Virus record (IMG/VR): IMGVR_UViG_3300045988_067569
Origin: a virus
Strand: one strand, 5' to 3'
Length of the DNA stretch: 64,000 nucleotides
Part shown: positions 10,103-20,293 of the stretch, in pieces
How the letters are laid out: each line of letters opens with the position of its first letter
Position numbering within the stretch: the stretch's first letter is position 1
Translations under genes and position numbers: made by a program
The notes under the pieces: generated by a model
The model's database searches: none
What the model was told of the DNA's origin: nothing
The model's input: only the letters and a program-made list of their open reading frames with translations

Positions 10103-10576
10103 TTTTCTTAATTTAAATTAGTTAATAATCATTTTATCTATCAAAAAAAAGAGTGGTTCCAGTATCTGTGCTTCACCAGATACTTTCCCCACTCCTATCA
10201 CTCCGAAGAGCTTGTACCATTATTAGGTTGGTCAACCTCCCTCTTCATCTTGTTGAGAATTTGGGATAATAGTCACCAAGTTTAAAGATTACTTGTAACT
10301 GAAGCAAAAGGCTAGAATCCCGAAGGGATTCCGTAACTCCTTCAACACGTGGTTGACGAGCTATGTAGGAAGCTAACGCGCAGGCAAAGATGAAGCCGTA
10401 GTCAAAGACCTAGCTACACTAACAAAGACTAAGACAAAGACTCTCAATTAGAGAGTAGGTTGTAAATTTTTGTGTAGCCAGCGAATAAAGATTAAATCCA
10501 TGCGGATTTAAGAATATACTGTTCATAATTATTCCTGTTAAGTATGTTATGTTAGCTTCCTACGGAAGTCCTCTAA

Positions 10577-11488
10577 TTACTTAGAGGAAGAGTCGCCTTG
10601 TCTCCTAATCTCTTCGAAAATATCTAAAAGATTCTTAGGCAAAGCGATTTTTAGTTTGGAAATACGTTCCATTTCAGAAGTTTTCCAACTATTGAAACGA
10701 CTTCTCAACTCTCCTAATTCGGAGGTATATTTGTCGTATTTTGCTTTAAATTCAGCCATTTTCTCACGATACTCTTGTTCTTGAGTGTTAGAAAGTTTAT
10801 TAACCTCCTCCTTAAGCTCAGCTTTAAGAGCATTTAACTCCTTCTCGTAAGAACGATAGGTGTCTTGAAGAGACATGAACATATTGTCCACTTTTTCTAC
10901 TTCGATGGTAGGGTCTTGGTAGTAGAGAATTAAATCTCTTCCAGAGCCTTCCTTATAGATAGGACAATTCTCAGCTGCATGAACTTCTTTTCGTGCTTTA
11001 CTAAAGGCTCCTTTTGGATGAATATACTTTCCATAGGTAGAAGCAAACGCCTCTAATCTTAGGAATTTATTTCTCTTGTTAATATCCCACGACTTTATGA
11101 TAGTCTCTTCAGTCGGAGAAGGTAGAGCTTCTGGATACTTAGGCTGCTCTGGCAGTCCTATTCCCTGACTTTCTGCCCAATCATCAAGCATAGTAGCAGA
11201 TACTTTGCCAATCATTCCTTCTTTCTCTTTAATAGCTTCTCGTACCCAAGCACAAAAACTATTCATGGCAGCGACCTTTTCCAAATCATCTTTTATAAAG
11301 TCAAGGGACTTTTGTCCTACTGTCATTAACTGCTTTTCTCCTCCACCGATAGAGGCTACAGATACTTGAAAGAATTTCACATTATTCAAGCGTTCCTGTG
11401 CTGCTTGAATCATTTCTTGTGCGATGTTCGCATAGAAGTTTGCTGACGTAGAAGTCAACCCTTCATTTCCAAAAAATACACTGTTCAT
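10577..11488 (-). CDS. hypothetical protein
   Basis: 303-aa ORF. Confidence 0.5.
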   Translation of the reverse strand: MNSVFFGNEGLTSTSANFYANIAQEMIQAAQERLNNVKFFQVSVASIGGGEKQLMTVGQKSLDFIKDDLEKVAAMNSFCAWVREAIKEKEGMIGKVSATMLDDWAESQGIGLPEQPKYPEALPSPTEETIIKSWDINKRNKFLRLEAFASTYGKYIHPKGAFSKARKEVHAAENCPIYKEGSGRDLILYYQDPTIEVEKVDNMFMSLQDTYRSYEKELNALKAELKEEVNKLSNTQEQEYREKMAEFKAKYDKYTSELGELRSRFNSWKTSEMERISKLKIALPKNLLDIFEEIRRQGDSSSK

Positions 11489-11679
11489 ATTAGTTACGTT
11501 TTGTTAGTTTATCCACAACATTAATTATTGATTCTTCTCCTGCTATAAATCCATCACGATGAACATTTCTAAGTAAACTCTTCAGAGATTCTAATTCTTC
11601 ATCTGACTTTAGAGTATTTTTTCTATATATTTCAATAAGTTCTTCTATATATCTTTCCATATTATTGATATTAAATTAG

Positions 11680-11765
11680 TACCCGAAGTGGGACTCGAAC
11701 CCACACGCCCATTACTGGGCATCAGAGCTTAAATCTGACGTGTCTACCAATTCCACCATTCGGGC
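11680..11765 (-). tRNA. tRNA-Leu(TAA), long variable arm
   Basis: hand fold: acceptor GCCCGAA/TTCGGGT, anticodon loop TTTAAGC, long variable arm, T-loop TTCGAGT. Confidence 0.8.
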
Positions 11766-11851
11766 ATAGTAATTAGCTATACTCACGTACCGCTAATCAA
11801 CTTACTATAATAACAGTACAAGTGTTAAATTCAAAGTTAAAAACCGTTAAC

Positions 11852-12166
11852 TTATTTAAACTGCAAACAAATGTTAATAAATTTATCGACATCAGTTCCG
11901 CAATCTACATAATTCGGAGTGTTAGCTTCGAAGTATTTGAGAACAGCCTCTGTTCCAAAAAGTCCTATCTCTTCGAAATCATACCCCTCACCGTGAATAT
12001 CCGATGTAGGCATATTTGGTCTGAATACTAACCAGGCTGTACCAGGAAATTCACAACACGTACAAACAGTCAATCCACTTTCCCTTAGTTTATCTAAGAT
12101 TTGTGGACTAACTGTTTTCAATACGACACAATTATCCGAGTTCTGCAAGTCGTTGTCTGATTTCAT
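11852..12166 (-). CDS. hypothetical protein
   Basis: ORF track. Confidence 0.4.
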   Translation of the reverse strand: MKSDNDLQNSDNCVVLKTVSPQILDKLRESGLTVCTCCEFPGTAWLVFRPNMPTSDIHGEGYDFEEIGLFGTEAVLKYFEANTPNYVDCGTDVDKFINICLQFK

Positions 12167-12506
12167 CTTCGGACATACTTTCCATTTTCTCAGACTGTTT
12201 CTTAGCCAGCAGTTCAGTCAGGCGTGCCTTCTCAGCTGCCTTATCTTTAGCTGCTTCTCTAGCGGCCTTGTCTTTCAGCTTATCAGTGATAACATCTTTC
12301 ACAATGTTGAACTTTAACTCCAGTTCGCTATTGCTAGGAGTATCATTAGTTATGAAAGATTTTCTAGGACTCTTGGCTAATTCTTCGTCATAGGACACTG
12401 CCAGTCTGTCCAATGCAGGCAGACTTAAGTCCCACAAATCTTCCACACTCAAATTACCTTTACTAGTTGCAAAGCGCAACTTCATTTTAGACGCTTGTTT
12501 GTACAT
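12132..12506 (-). CDS. hypothetical protein
   Basis: ORF track. Confidence 0.4.
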   Translation of the reverse strand: MYKQASKMKLRFATSKGNLSVEDLWDLSLPALDRLAVSYDEELAKSPRKSFITNDTPSNSELELKFNIVKDVITDKLKDKAAREAAKDKAAEKARLTELLAKKQSEKMESMSEDEIRQRLAELG

Positions 12507-12508
12507 AA

Positions 12509-14533
12509 TTAGAATTTAATTTTAAATGGTTTATTATCAACTTTAACTACAACCTCGTCGTGAGACGTACTAGAGAATCCTAGTCCACTCAACTGGTTAT
12601 CGTTGTATTCTGCTTTAGCTCTAGAGCCAATAGCTTCGAATACTCTCTTATGATCTTTTTCGAGATCGGGTCTCAGATATTCATTGAAGAATCCCCGAAC
12701 TGGGTCAGGATTTTTACATCCATCAATCATGAAGAATAGGTGCTTGTTTCCTATTTCATTACCTTCCCAATAATTTGGAGAATACATGATGCAAGAAACA
12801 GTTTGGAAACGCATAGTATCAATGCCCCACTCGTTCATAGACTTATATGAGGTTGCACCTTCGGCAATTACCGGACTTAGGGTTATATTACCAATAGAAT
12901 CTACCTTGATAGTTGCTACCGTAATATATTCTCTGTCTGGCACCATCTTATCATAGTTGAACTTATGAAGCTCTCCATTGATTTCGATTTCTACCTCGAA
13001 TCCAAAGTCTATATGCTCTCTTTTGCAGAAGTTATGCACTCTCACTACATATTGACCTGCTCTGAGTTTAGATTGGTCAGTCCAGATAATATTCTCGACT
13101 GCATCTCTGGTTTTACCAGAACCAGCGTTCATATCTACATCTAGTGTACCACCAGTTAATCCTCTCTTATACCCGTAATAGATTTCATTACCACCAGGTT
13201 CTGTTACATGGAGGTCAAGGTCATCATAGTTAAACCAGTGTAGAGAACATCTTAGGAATCCATTTACGTTACCACCTGCTGCTTTTACTTTCTCCTTGAA
13301 TGAATCCGCCATAGAGCCATTATACACCCAAGCGAAGTTATTCTTCCATTTGAACAGCTGACCTGCATCAGGGTTCTCTGGAGCAGTTAGGGTAACAAAA
13401 TTAGGAATATGCTTATTCTCAACAAGAATTTGCACATCCTTAGAGTGTGGCAATACATTAGTTACAAACTCCGAAATTGAAATTTCAGTAGCTTTGGTAT
13501 ACTCTTTAGGATTAACCGTTGAGGTCTCTTTTAAAGAGTCAAATATACCTCCTTTCATACGTGCACGAGTGTCTCTATTTACGAACAGAACGTCGTTTAC
13601 AGAAATATCTTCTACACGAGCATGACGGCGAGGAAGGGCATCAGTTAACCCAAGTTCTTCAACCTTCTTCTGAGCAGCCTCAATTTGTTTCTTAGTAATA
13701 AGAGCAGTAGGTCTCTTATAGTTAGATGGAGCCATAATGTTCTCATAAGACTTAACAGCTCTTTCCAGGTCTACACCATTACTTAAGTCAATCAGTAGAG
13801 TTCCCATAGCCGTATTTCTAATTTTAGCTATTGGAGATTTGAAGTTAAACCAACAATAGTTAGTGCGAACCTCTGGTGAGAGATTATCGGCCTCAAGCAT
13901 AGTTCTTCTGAACTCTTGCAGAGTCTTTAGGAACTCTTCTCCGCGATAGAGATTATTATCCTCTATCAACTCAATTACGGTTTCTACCGCACTTAGTTTA
14001 AGCTCGGAAAGAGAGCGTTCAAAGACACCAGCTCTAGCTCTAACATCTCCGCGATAACCTGCGGCAGAATCGAAATGATGTACTCTCTTGTTGAATTTAA
14101 ACTTGTTAGGAATAGTCACGTACAAGTGAGTCCAAGTTCTAGTAGTTCCATCAGGAAGAAGTTGCACATTATGGTCACAACCGTGAAACTCATTAACATC
14201 CTGAATGAATATATCTCCTATTCCAGCTTCCTTAACGAGCTTAGCTAAATCAGATGCGGTCTTTTCATAGCCAGGAGTGTGAACATCATCCCAGAAGGTT
14301 TTCACCTTGTAGGTTTGAGGGTCTATAGCGACTACCTTACCATAGTGACGTATGAAAGACTTACAAGCATTACAATTGTGATCTTGCCGAATTGTTTCGT
14401 CCTCAAAGGAGAGAAGATAACTCATCCACAAAAGGTCTTTGTCTACATTAACTACAAATAAATTATCTGCAATCATAGCATTGAAAGCAGACTCTACATC
14501 TTTCTTGAAATCTTTAAAATCTTTAAAATTCAT
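12509..14533 (-). CDS. large hypothetical protein (674 aa)
   Basis: long uninterrupted ORF. Confidence 0.55.
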   Translation of the reverse strand: MNFKDFKDFKKDVESAFNAMIADNLFVVNVDKDLLWMSYLLSFEDETIRQDHNCNACKSFIRHYGKVVAIDPQTYKVKTFWDDVHTPGYEKTASDLAKLVKEAGIGDIFIQDVNEFHGCDHNVQLLPDGTTRTWTHLYVTIPNKFKFNKRVHHFDSAAGYRGDVRARAGVFERSLSELKLSAVETVIELIEDNNLYRGEEFLKTLQEFRRTMLEADNLSPEVRTNYCWFNFKSPIAKIRNTAMGTLLIDLSNGVDLERAVKSYENIMAPSNYKRPTALITKKQIEAAQKKVEELGLTDALPRRHARVEDISVNDVLFVNRDTRARMKGGIFDSLKETSTVNPKEYTKATEISISEFVTNVLPHSKDVQILVENKHIPNFVTLTAPENPDAGQLFKWKNNFAWVYNGSMADSFKEKVKAAGGNVNGFLRCSLHWFNYDDLDLHVTEPGGNEIYYGYKRGLTGGTLDVDMNAGSGKTRDAVENIIWTDQSKLRAGQYVVRVHNFCKREHIDFGFEVEIEINGELHKFNYDKMVPDREYITVATIKVDSIGNITLSPVIAEGATSYKSMNEWGIDTMRFQTVSCIMYSPNYWEGNEIGNKHLFFMIDGCKNPDPVRGFFNEYLRPDLEKDHKRVFEAIGSRAKAEYNDNQLSGLGFSSTSHDEVVVKVDNKPFKIKF

Positions 14534-14614
14534 AATCTTTATTCGTTAAATATTTGATTGCATAATATAATAGTTAGACCAGTCATAACTGCGGTCTCAA
14601 AACCCGTTACTTCC

Positions 14615-14881
14615 CTAGTTACTAATAGTATTGTTCCCATCAGAACTATTACTAGTAATCTTACTAATTCCTTTTTCCACCATTTCATGCTCTAGCTTCT
14701 TCAAAGTTTCTACACTCTCCTCATTGAACTTATCCACTCCCAGTTCACTAACCTTATATATCATAAGAATTTGGTGAAATCTTAGATAAGGATATTGGTC
14801 AATGATTTGACTTAATCTAGTTAATATCTTGAAATTAGCTTTCTTTCTAAATTTGATAGCTTCTTCAATTTGAGCTTCCAT
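14615..14881 (-). CDS. hypothetical protein
   Basis: ORF track. Confidence 0.35.
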   Translation of the reverse strand: MEAQIEEAIKFRKKANFKILTRLSQIIDQYPYLRFHQILMIYKVSELGVDKFNEESVETLKKLEHEMVEKGISKITSNSSDGNNTISN

Positions 14882-15359
14882 ATTTATTAAGTATATCTAA
14901 TTCCAATTCCTTAACTTTACTTTCATACAAGGAATCCTCAGCGTAGCCAATTCTGTCTAGGAATTTGTAATAATCCTCTTCTGGGTTATACTTACTAAGG
15001 ATAAATTGCTTATAAGCGAACACGCAGCTTATCCAACTATCGAACTTGAAGTAAGACATTGTTCTGGAGTTATACAACCCGAACAGATTGTTATTATCCT
15101 TACAAAGTTTCGATTTAAAATTGCCAGATTCCAGAACAGCCTGAGCTGTTATAATTGCTGGATTTGGAAAATCGTAATGCTTCAAAGTATTGTACAATAC
15201 TTCTTCGTTTACTTCATCCAATAAGTAGAATGGATGCTCTGGCAGCAATACCATTTCCTCCTGTTTCTGATTGAAATGTATCAGATGATGCAAAGAATAA
15301 CCAGTTGCAAATCCGAATACAATACTAATCATAAGGATAATTAAAACTTTCTTTTTCAT
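14865..15359 (-). CDS. glucosaminidase/muramidase-like peptidoglycan hydrolase with N-terminal membrane anchor
   Basis: motif AQAVLESGNF...NNLFGL resembles mannosyl-glycoprotein endo-beta-N-acetylglucosaminidase (FlgJ-type) domains. Confidence 0.55.
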   Translation of the reverse strand: MKKKVLIILMISIVFGFATGYSLHHLIHFNQKQEEMVLLPEHPFYLLDEVNEEVLYNTLKHYDFPNPAIITAQAVLESGNFKSKLCKDNNNLFGLYNSRTMSYFKFDSWISCVFAYKQFILSKYNPEEDYYKFLDRIGYAEDSLYESKVKELELDILNKYGSSN

Positions 15360-15513
15360 AAAACTTCTTCTTCTATTAATCTAATATCCCAGTAATTTTG
15401 AGTTACCGCCCATTCTATAGCGTCTTTCTTCTCTAGAAAAAGAGGAGAGATCTTCTCATAGTTTATAGGGACTTGCCCGTCATATGCCGTGGGAATTGAA
15501 ATATAATATACTT

Positions 15514-15816
15514 TCATATCTCAATTGAATTAATAAATCTCGCATCATTAGCTAATTGATACACAGTAGTATTTAGCTCTGGCACATAGACTATATAGTA
15601 GTAATCAAAGAATTGATTATTATCCTCAAATCCTATGATTACTCCTTTTCGTCCTCCATCTACAATGCAGTCTCTATACATATATTTTGCAATATCTTGA
15701 CGGATTCCGTCATGATTTATTACAGCCTGCAATGCAGAAAGTCCGTAGTAAGATGTATTTACACCCCTTATCTCATGTCCAAGCAAATCTTTATCAAAAG
15801 GAGAACTTACTATCAT
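15514..15816 (-). CDS. hypothetical protein
   Basis: ORF track. Confidence 0.4.
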   Translation of the reverse strand: MIVSSPFDKDLLGHEIRGVNTSYYGLSALQAVINHDGIRQDIAKYMYRDCIVDGGRKGVIIGFEDNNQFFDYYYIVYVPELNTTVYQLANDARFINSIEI

Positions 15817-16136
15817 AACAATACTTTAGTTAGGTCCTCTACAGTTAGATTAGCTATCTTCGATAATTCACAGATTTGGTTTGAGAAATCTAGCCTTGTT
15901 TTAAGTTCTAAATCCCTCCATTGCCGTACCTCCTCTCGACTCTTTCTAAGTTCTTCTTGTAAGTAGGATATAGCCGCCCTTGCTGACTTTAATTGCTCCG
16001 TAGAACAAACGACAAAGTGCTTAGCTCCCTTCTTATTTGTAGAAGGAAGAGCGGCCTCAGCCTCTTCAATACTATCGAACTGTCCTAAGATAAAAGGAAT
16101 ATTATTACATTCCTTAATTAAATAGTACTTACTCAT
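15813..16136 (-). CDS. hypothetical protein
   Basis: ORF track. Confidence 0.4.
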   Translation of the reverse strand: MSKYYLIKECNNIPFILGQFDSIEEAEAALPSTNKKGAKHFVVCSTEQLKSARAAISYLQEELRKSREEVRQWRDLELKTRLDFSNQICELSKIANLTVEDLTKVLL

Positions 16137-16353
16137 CTTTAATTCCTAGATAATCCTTTAATAATTGAATGTTTCCTTCTCTCAAATGCCGAATAAAAGC
16201 CTCCCTTTCTCTCTCAAATAGCAGAATTTTACTCTCTAACAGGTCTATTCGTCTTTGTTGATTTTCCTCGTATTCTTCAATAGCGTCAGAAATTGCTTTA
16301 AGTATAGAAGATTCCTTCATAGCGCTACTCATTGTAGAACTCTTCGTCCCCAT
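16129..16353 (-). CDS. hypothetical protein
   Basis: ORF track. Confidence 0.35.
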   Translation of the reverse strand: MGTKSSTMSSAMKESSILKAISDAIEEYEENQQRRIDLLESKILLFEREREAFIRHLREGNIQLLKDYLGIKDE

Positions 16354-16750
16354 TATCGTCGCCTATAGGATTCTCCCATCCATACTTTACAGCAGTAGCC
16401 TTAAACAAAGGCAACCCATACATAGCATAATTCTCTTCAGGATAATTCTCTAAGCCCTCTTCTAGAACTTGATTCCACCTTAGTACCACGTAGAACATTA
16501 GGCTAGCTGAAATGCCTCTCTGGTCTAGAGCCTTCTCAAAACCAAACTCCACGTCAGACTTAAGTTGCTCTAGGATATTCTCTCTAGTCCATTCCTTAGG
16601 CTCTGGATAAGGCTCATCACCATCGTACTTGAAGCCTATTTTTTCTAACTGCTCTTCTGTTAAAAACTTTGCTAATCTAGAACCGAAACGGTCATCGAGA
16701 ACTACGGCATAGTCTTTGTAATTGTCTAAAATCTCATTTAACGTTTTCAT
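16325..16750 (-). CDS. hypothetical acidic protein
   Basis: ORF track. Confidence 0.4.
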   Translation of the reverse strand: MKTLNEILDNYKDYAVVLDDRFGSRLAKFLTEEQLEKIGFKYDGDEPYPEPKEWTRENILEQLKSDVEFGFEKALDQRGISASLMFYVVLRWNQVLEEGLENYPEENYAMYGLPLFKATAVKYGWENPIGDDNGDEEFYNE

Positions 16751-16753
16751 TTT

Positions 16754-17074
16754 TTACATATCTTTTAGGTAAATATTTTGAGGATATTCCCCGAATACTG
16801 ATAGAGTTACAGCACAAATCCATACCCTGTCATTGTAATTCTTACTTTTGCATAAGTAAGTTGCTCCACATTCATCCTCCTCAATTTTAGACAACGTTAT
16901 CTTAGCTGCAGCTGGGTCAACCATCTGCAATCTAACAAACTTATTATCTAGAGAATCAAGAAGTTCATCTGCACCACCAACCATTGCTAGTTCCTCTGGT
17001 GTTCCGTCATAATCTGGCCACCAATAGAACCAGACTCCTCCAACCTTTACAAACTCAAATGTTTTTCTCATCAA
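16754..17074 (-). CDS. hypothetical protein
   Basis: ORF track. Confidence 0.4.
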   Translation of the reverse strand: MMRKTFEFVKVGGVWFYWWPDYDGTPEELAMVGGADELLDSLDNKFVRLQMVDPAAAKITLSKIEEDECGATYLCKSKNYNDRVWICAVTLSVFGEYPQNIYLKDM

Positions 17075-17131
17075 TTATTAATTATATTAAACAAAAAATA
17101 CCCCAACAACTTCCGCTGCTGGGGTACATAG

Positions 17132-17203
17132 TAACGCCAACGGGATTCGAACCCGTATGGCAGGCGTGAAAAGCCTGAATCCTAACCATTAGATGATGGC
17201 GCT
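17132..17203 (-). tRNA. tRNA-Glu(TTC)
   Basis: hand fold: anticodon stem CAGGC/GCCTG, loop TTTTCAC, T-loop TTCGAAT. Confidence 0.7.
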
Positions 17204-17206
17204 ATC

Positions 17207-17881
17207 CTACTGCACAATTAAGCTATAAGCTTCTTGCAACAGTTTAATAGTTGGAACCATATGGTTATCAACAACTATTATTTTATAAATGTTCAGAATT
17301 TCTTTGTAGGTTAAAGATGTACAAGTTAGAAATATCTGCACATCTTCGTTTACAGAACCATTTGACAATCCCAAATCTACTTTAATCATACTGGGTAATG
17401 TTCCAATCTGAGAAATATCCCAAGTAGATTTAGTTCTCCTGAAAACTTCCCGCTGTTTAGAGGTAAGTTGCTTTTCTTTCAATCTAGACTCGATAATAGT
17501 ACCATCGAACGTTAACGAACCTCCATCGGTATTACTATTATTTAATGCTAGCTGAATCTTCTGAACTGCAGAGTCTTTAGGTTTTGGCTTAAGTTGTACT
17601 CCTTCCTTCAAGCCCTTAATAATCTGCAATGAAGGAATAAAGTCTTTTATTTGAGTTGCATTCCATACAAGAAATTTTCCAGGACTATCCTTAACAGTAA
17701 CTATATACTTAGTCCCTCCGTTCAATGGAATAATCACTTGTAAGTCTGCATCACTCATTTTACTTAAATGGTCTGATACTCTAACTTTGACGTTTCCAAT
17801 GACAAAGTAGCGAGAAACAGTTGTTTCCGCTTCGATAATCTCAGTAGCAGTTGCTACTAAATACTTTTCTAATCTAGTCAT
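17207..17881 (-). CDS. hypothetical protein
   Basis: 224-aa ORF. Confidence 0.45.
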   Translation of the reverse strand: MTRLEKYLVATATEIIEAETTVSRYFVIGNVKVRVSDHLSKMSDADLQVIIPLNGGTKYIVTVKDSPGKFLVWNATQIKDFIPSLQIIKGLKEGVQLKPKPKDSAVQKIQLALNNSNTDGGSLTFDGTIIESRLKEKQLTSKQREVFRRTKSTWDISQIGTLPSMIKVDLGLSNGSVNEDVQIFLTCTSLTYKEILNIYKIIVVDNHMVPTIKLLQEAYSLIVQ

Positions 17882-17908
17882 AAAAATTAATCTAATTTAA
17901 TGGTTAAG

Positions 17909-17981
17909 ATCCCCCACTCGGATTCGAACCGAGGTCTCGAGATTACAAATCACGTGTTCTAACCAACTAAACTACAGGGGA
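17909..17981 (-). tRNA. tRNA-Thr(TGT)
   Basis: hand fold: anticodon loop TTTGTAA (one T-T mismatch in the anticodon stem), T-arm CTCGG/TTCGAAT/CCGAG. Confidence 0.6.
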
Positions 17982-17986
17982 ATAAA

Positions 17987-18025
17987 TGCCGAGACTGGGG
18001 GATTCGAACCCCAACCTTCACAGTG
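17987..18025 (-). pseudogene. partial tRNA copy (variable region, T-arm and 3' acceptor strand only)
   Basis: GGCACTGTGAAGGTTGGGGTTCGAATCCCCCAGTCTCGGCA resembles the 3' half of the adjacent tRNA at 18026-18097. Confidence 0.45.
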
Positions 18026-18097
18026 CCGAGAGTACCAGACTCGAACTGGTGACCTTCGCATAGACAGTGCACTATTCTACCACTGAACTAACCCTCG
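18026..18097 (-). tRNA. tRNA, probably Asp(GTC); anticodon assignment uncertain
   Basis: acceptor CGAGGGT/ACTCTCG, D-arm GTTC/AGTGGTA/GAAT, T-arm ACCAG/TTCGAGT/CTGGT; the anticodon stem has a mismatch and the loop reads CTGTCTA. Confidence 0.45.
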
Positions 18098-18108
18098 GTG
18101 TAACTGGA

Positions 18109-18660
18109 TTACTCCAGACTAATTAAACCCTTCTCTAACATAATATGGTGATTCGGACATAACCATACTAAATTATTCTCGTTGTTAATCTCCTTAATAA
18201 GAGTGTCTTCGTCAAATTCTAATATTCCTTTAAGATGATGTACTTCAAGTATTGCATCAAATTCATGATTATGACAATATTGACATACTTTCTCACGTTC
18301 GGAACTTTCTAATACTCTACGAGCATTAGTCCTTATTTCTTGACATTTAGATGATAAGTACTTCTGCCCAGATGTATAATAACCTAATGTTTTGTTACCA
18401 ATTCCATTAAGTTCTTCCCAGCAACTACGACACATTTCTGAATCTTTATGCTTAGGTTTACCACATCTAGGACATATCTTGTTTTCATCGTGCTTTATCC
18501 TACCTCTATTATTGTAAGAAGCAGCACACGAATGACTACAAAACTGTTTCTTCCTCACATCTGCGACCCTCTGATTATCTAGTACTTCGATTACCTTACC
18601 ACATTCCTTACAGTGGTTAGGATTCTCATAATACAATTTAAGAGATTGTTCTCGATTCAC
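18109..18660 (-). CDS. HNH endonuclease with zinc-ribbon motifs
   Basis: C-terminal EVHHLKG...NLVWLCPNHH HNH motif; several CxxC pairs. Confidence 0.7.
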   Translation of the reverse strand: MNREQSLKLYYENPNHCKECGKVIEVLDNQRVADVRKKQFCSHSCAASYNNRGRIKHDENKICPRCGKPKHKDSEMCRSCWEELNGIGNKTLGYYTSGQKYLSSKCQEIRTNARRVLESSEREKVCQYCHNHEFDAILEVHHLKGILEFDEDTLIKEINNENNLVWLCPNHHIMLEKGLISLE

Positions 18661-18797
18661 AGATAAGTTTAATTAATTTTAATGACAGTGTGATATGCAA
18701 GCCATTACACCACAGCCTCGAAAATGCAGGTATTTATCTCGTTACACCTGCGAGTCCGGCAATCCTTTCTTATATACCGCGTGAGCTGGCGGTTTTG

Positions 18798-18871
18798 TAG
18801 GGCTAATCAGACTTGAACTGATAACCTCCACATTATCAGTGTGGTGCTCTAACCAGTTGAGCTATAGCCCT
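18798..18871 (-). tRNA. tRNA-Ile(GAT)
   Basis: acceptor AGGGCTA/TAGCCCT, D-arm TAGCTCAACTGGTTAGAGCA, anticodon stem CCACA/TGTGG with loop CTGATAA. Confidence 0.8.
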
Positions 18872-18875
18872 ATTA

Positions 18876-18960
18876 TGTGGACCTAACGGGAGTCGAACCC
18901 GTGTCCAAACAACCCTCGTTACAAGGATAACGTGCGTCTCATTTTTATTATATCAGCTAG
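18876..18960 (-). ncRNA. tRNA-like 3' element (hairpin CCTT-GTAACG-AGGG, T-arm ACGGG/TTCGACT/CCCGT, acceptor 3' strand TAGGTCC-A)
   Basis: no adjacent 5' half; a GGGCCTA that could pair with it lies about 520 nt upstream at 19428-19434; homologous to the element at 29395-29471. Confidence 0.4.
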
Positions 18961-19479
18961 GGAGTTCTAGCATTTAGGTAGTTTTATAAGTCTTACAAGA
19001 GTCCATACTAAGTATTTCTCTAGATGCTTATCTACAAGCTACCAAACTATAGGGCTGACCGAAGTCAACGTTCCACCACTCCATTTACGTTGGAGAACGG
19101 GATGATACTTTAGAGATTCGTCACATCTCACGGAACACATCTTCCATCTGTTTTATGACGTAGGAGATTCAGTCTTACTAACTCTTAGAGTGTTCTGATT
19201 AAGAGCATATTACTAGGATTAGAGCCTAGCTCTCCATTATATCAATATACTCAACCTCTTCTGTTTCTAGGTCTCTCCCGTAACCCGACTTAGTTAATAG
19301 TGTTTACCAACAAGCCAGCAGCTTAGGCTGCCATTCTTACTTCGCTATAAGTAGCATTTATTGTTTTTTCTTCGTTTAAAGAGATTGCGCTCTACACGTC
19401 CTTATAATTTGTAATCGCCTGTCAAATCCAAGTAGGCCCATACCCAGTTTATCTTTAATTAGAAAACTGGAAAAAGAAA

Positions 19480-19731
19480 TTATAACATTATAGTTGTACC
19501 CTCAGGTAGTGTCCGTAACTTAGTATTAGTATAGTCTCTAGCACCCTTACTAAATATCTCAGGATAGTAAGAACAACTTCCTAATATAAATAGTGCAAGT
19601 CCACATCTTTGAATTATATCTCCGTTAGATACTGTTCCATCCTCAAACCATTCTATCACTTCTGCAAATTCCCCATCCTTTAGGTCTTTAAGTTGGATTA
19701 TATCAGAGGCCCTATTTACTACTTTTGCCAT
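19480..19731 (-). CDS. hypothetical protein
   Basis: ORF track. Confidence 0.4.
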   Translation of the reverse strand: MAKVVNRASDIIQLKDLKDGEFAEVIEWFEDGTVSNGDIIQRCGLALFILGSCSYYPEIFSKGARDYTNTKLRTLPEGTTIML

Positions 19732-20293
19732 AAATACATTGTTTGATTATGTCTTTAGTAATTATTCCACTATCACGAGTAAGAGAATCTAGTTTCTCTA
19801 TATCAAACTCGTCTTTATGAAATTTGAATTGAATCCACGTTGGTTCACTTGGTCTGAAATCTAGATAAGTCTTACACTTGTCAGTTCCTAACACTTCATG
19901 CACCATAGCTAGAATACGCTCACCAGCAGCTTTGGTCTTTACAAAGCCAGAAACATCTGGATAGCCAGGACCACGAGAGTTCCAATATTCTCCTTCTTCT
20001 GGACGTTCGTCAACTGGTTCCCAATTCCATGCAGGAATACCTTTTCTAGGATGTTCAATTCTGATTGCGCTTTCCATAACCCATTTAGATTTCGGGTCTG
20101 AGGGATTTTCTGGATGGCAGCCATATTTGACTATTCCCATTGGATTTTCGCTTCTAACTTCAAATTTTAACTTGCAATGTCTACAAGTTCCAGATGTTAG
20201 ACCTCCTCCAGAAACTCCACTACTTATAACGGAATCGCACCCACAATTAGGACAACCCCACAGCTCATATTCGCTATATAATACTGATAACAT
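19712..20293 (-). CDS. hypothetical Cys-rich protein
   Basis: ORF track. Confidence 0.45.
   Translation of the reverse strand: MLSVLYSEYELWGCPNCGCDSVISSGVSGGGLTSGTCRHCKLKFEVRSENPMGIVKYGCHPENPSDPKSKWVMESAIRIEHPRKGIPAWNWEPVDERPEEGEYWNSRGPGYPDVSGFVKTKAAGERILAMVHEVLGTDKCKTYLDFRPSEPTWIQFKFHKDEFDIEKLDSLTRDSGIITKDIIKQCIYGKSSK

Noticed and set aside
18880-19450. Possible protein-coding gene in the 570-nt gap
   Set aside because: No frame stays open on either strand even allowing TAG as sense. Treated as structured or intron-like RNA instead.
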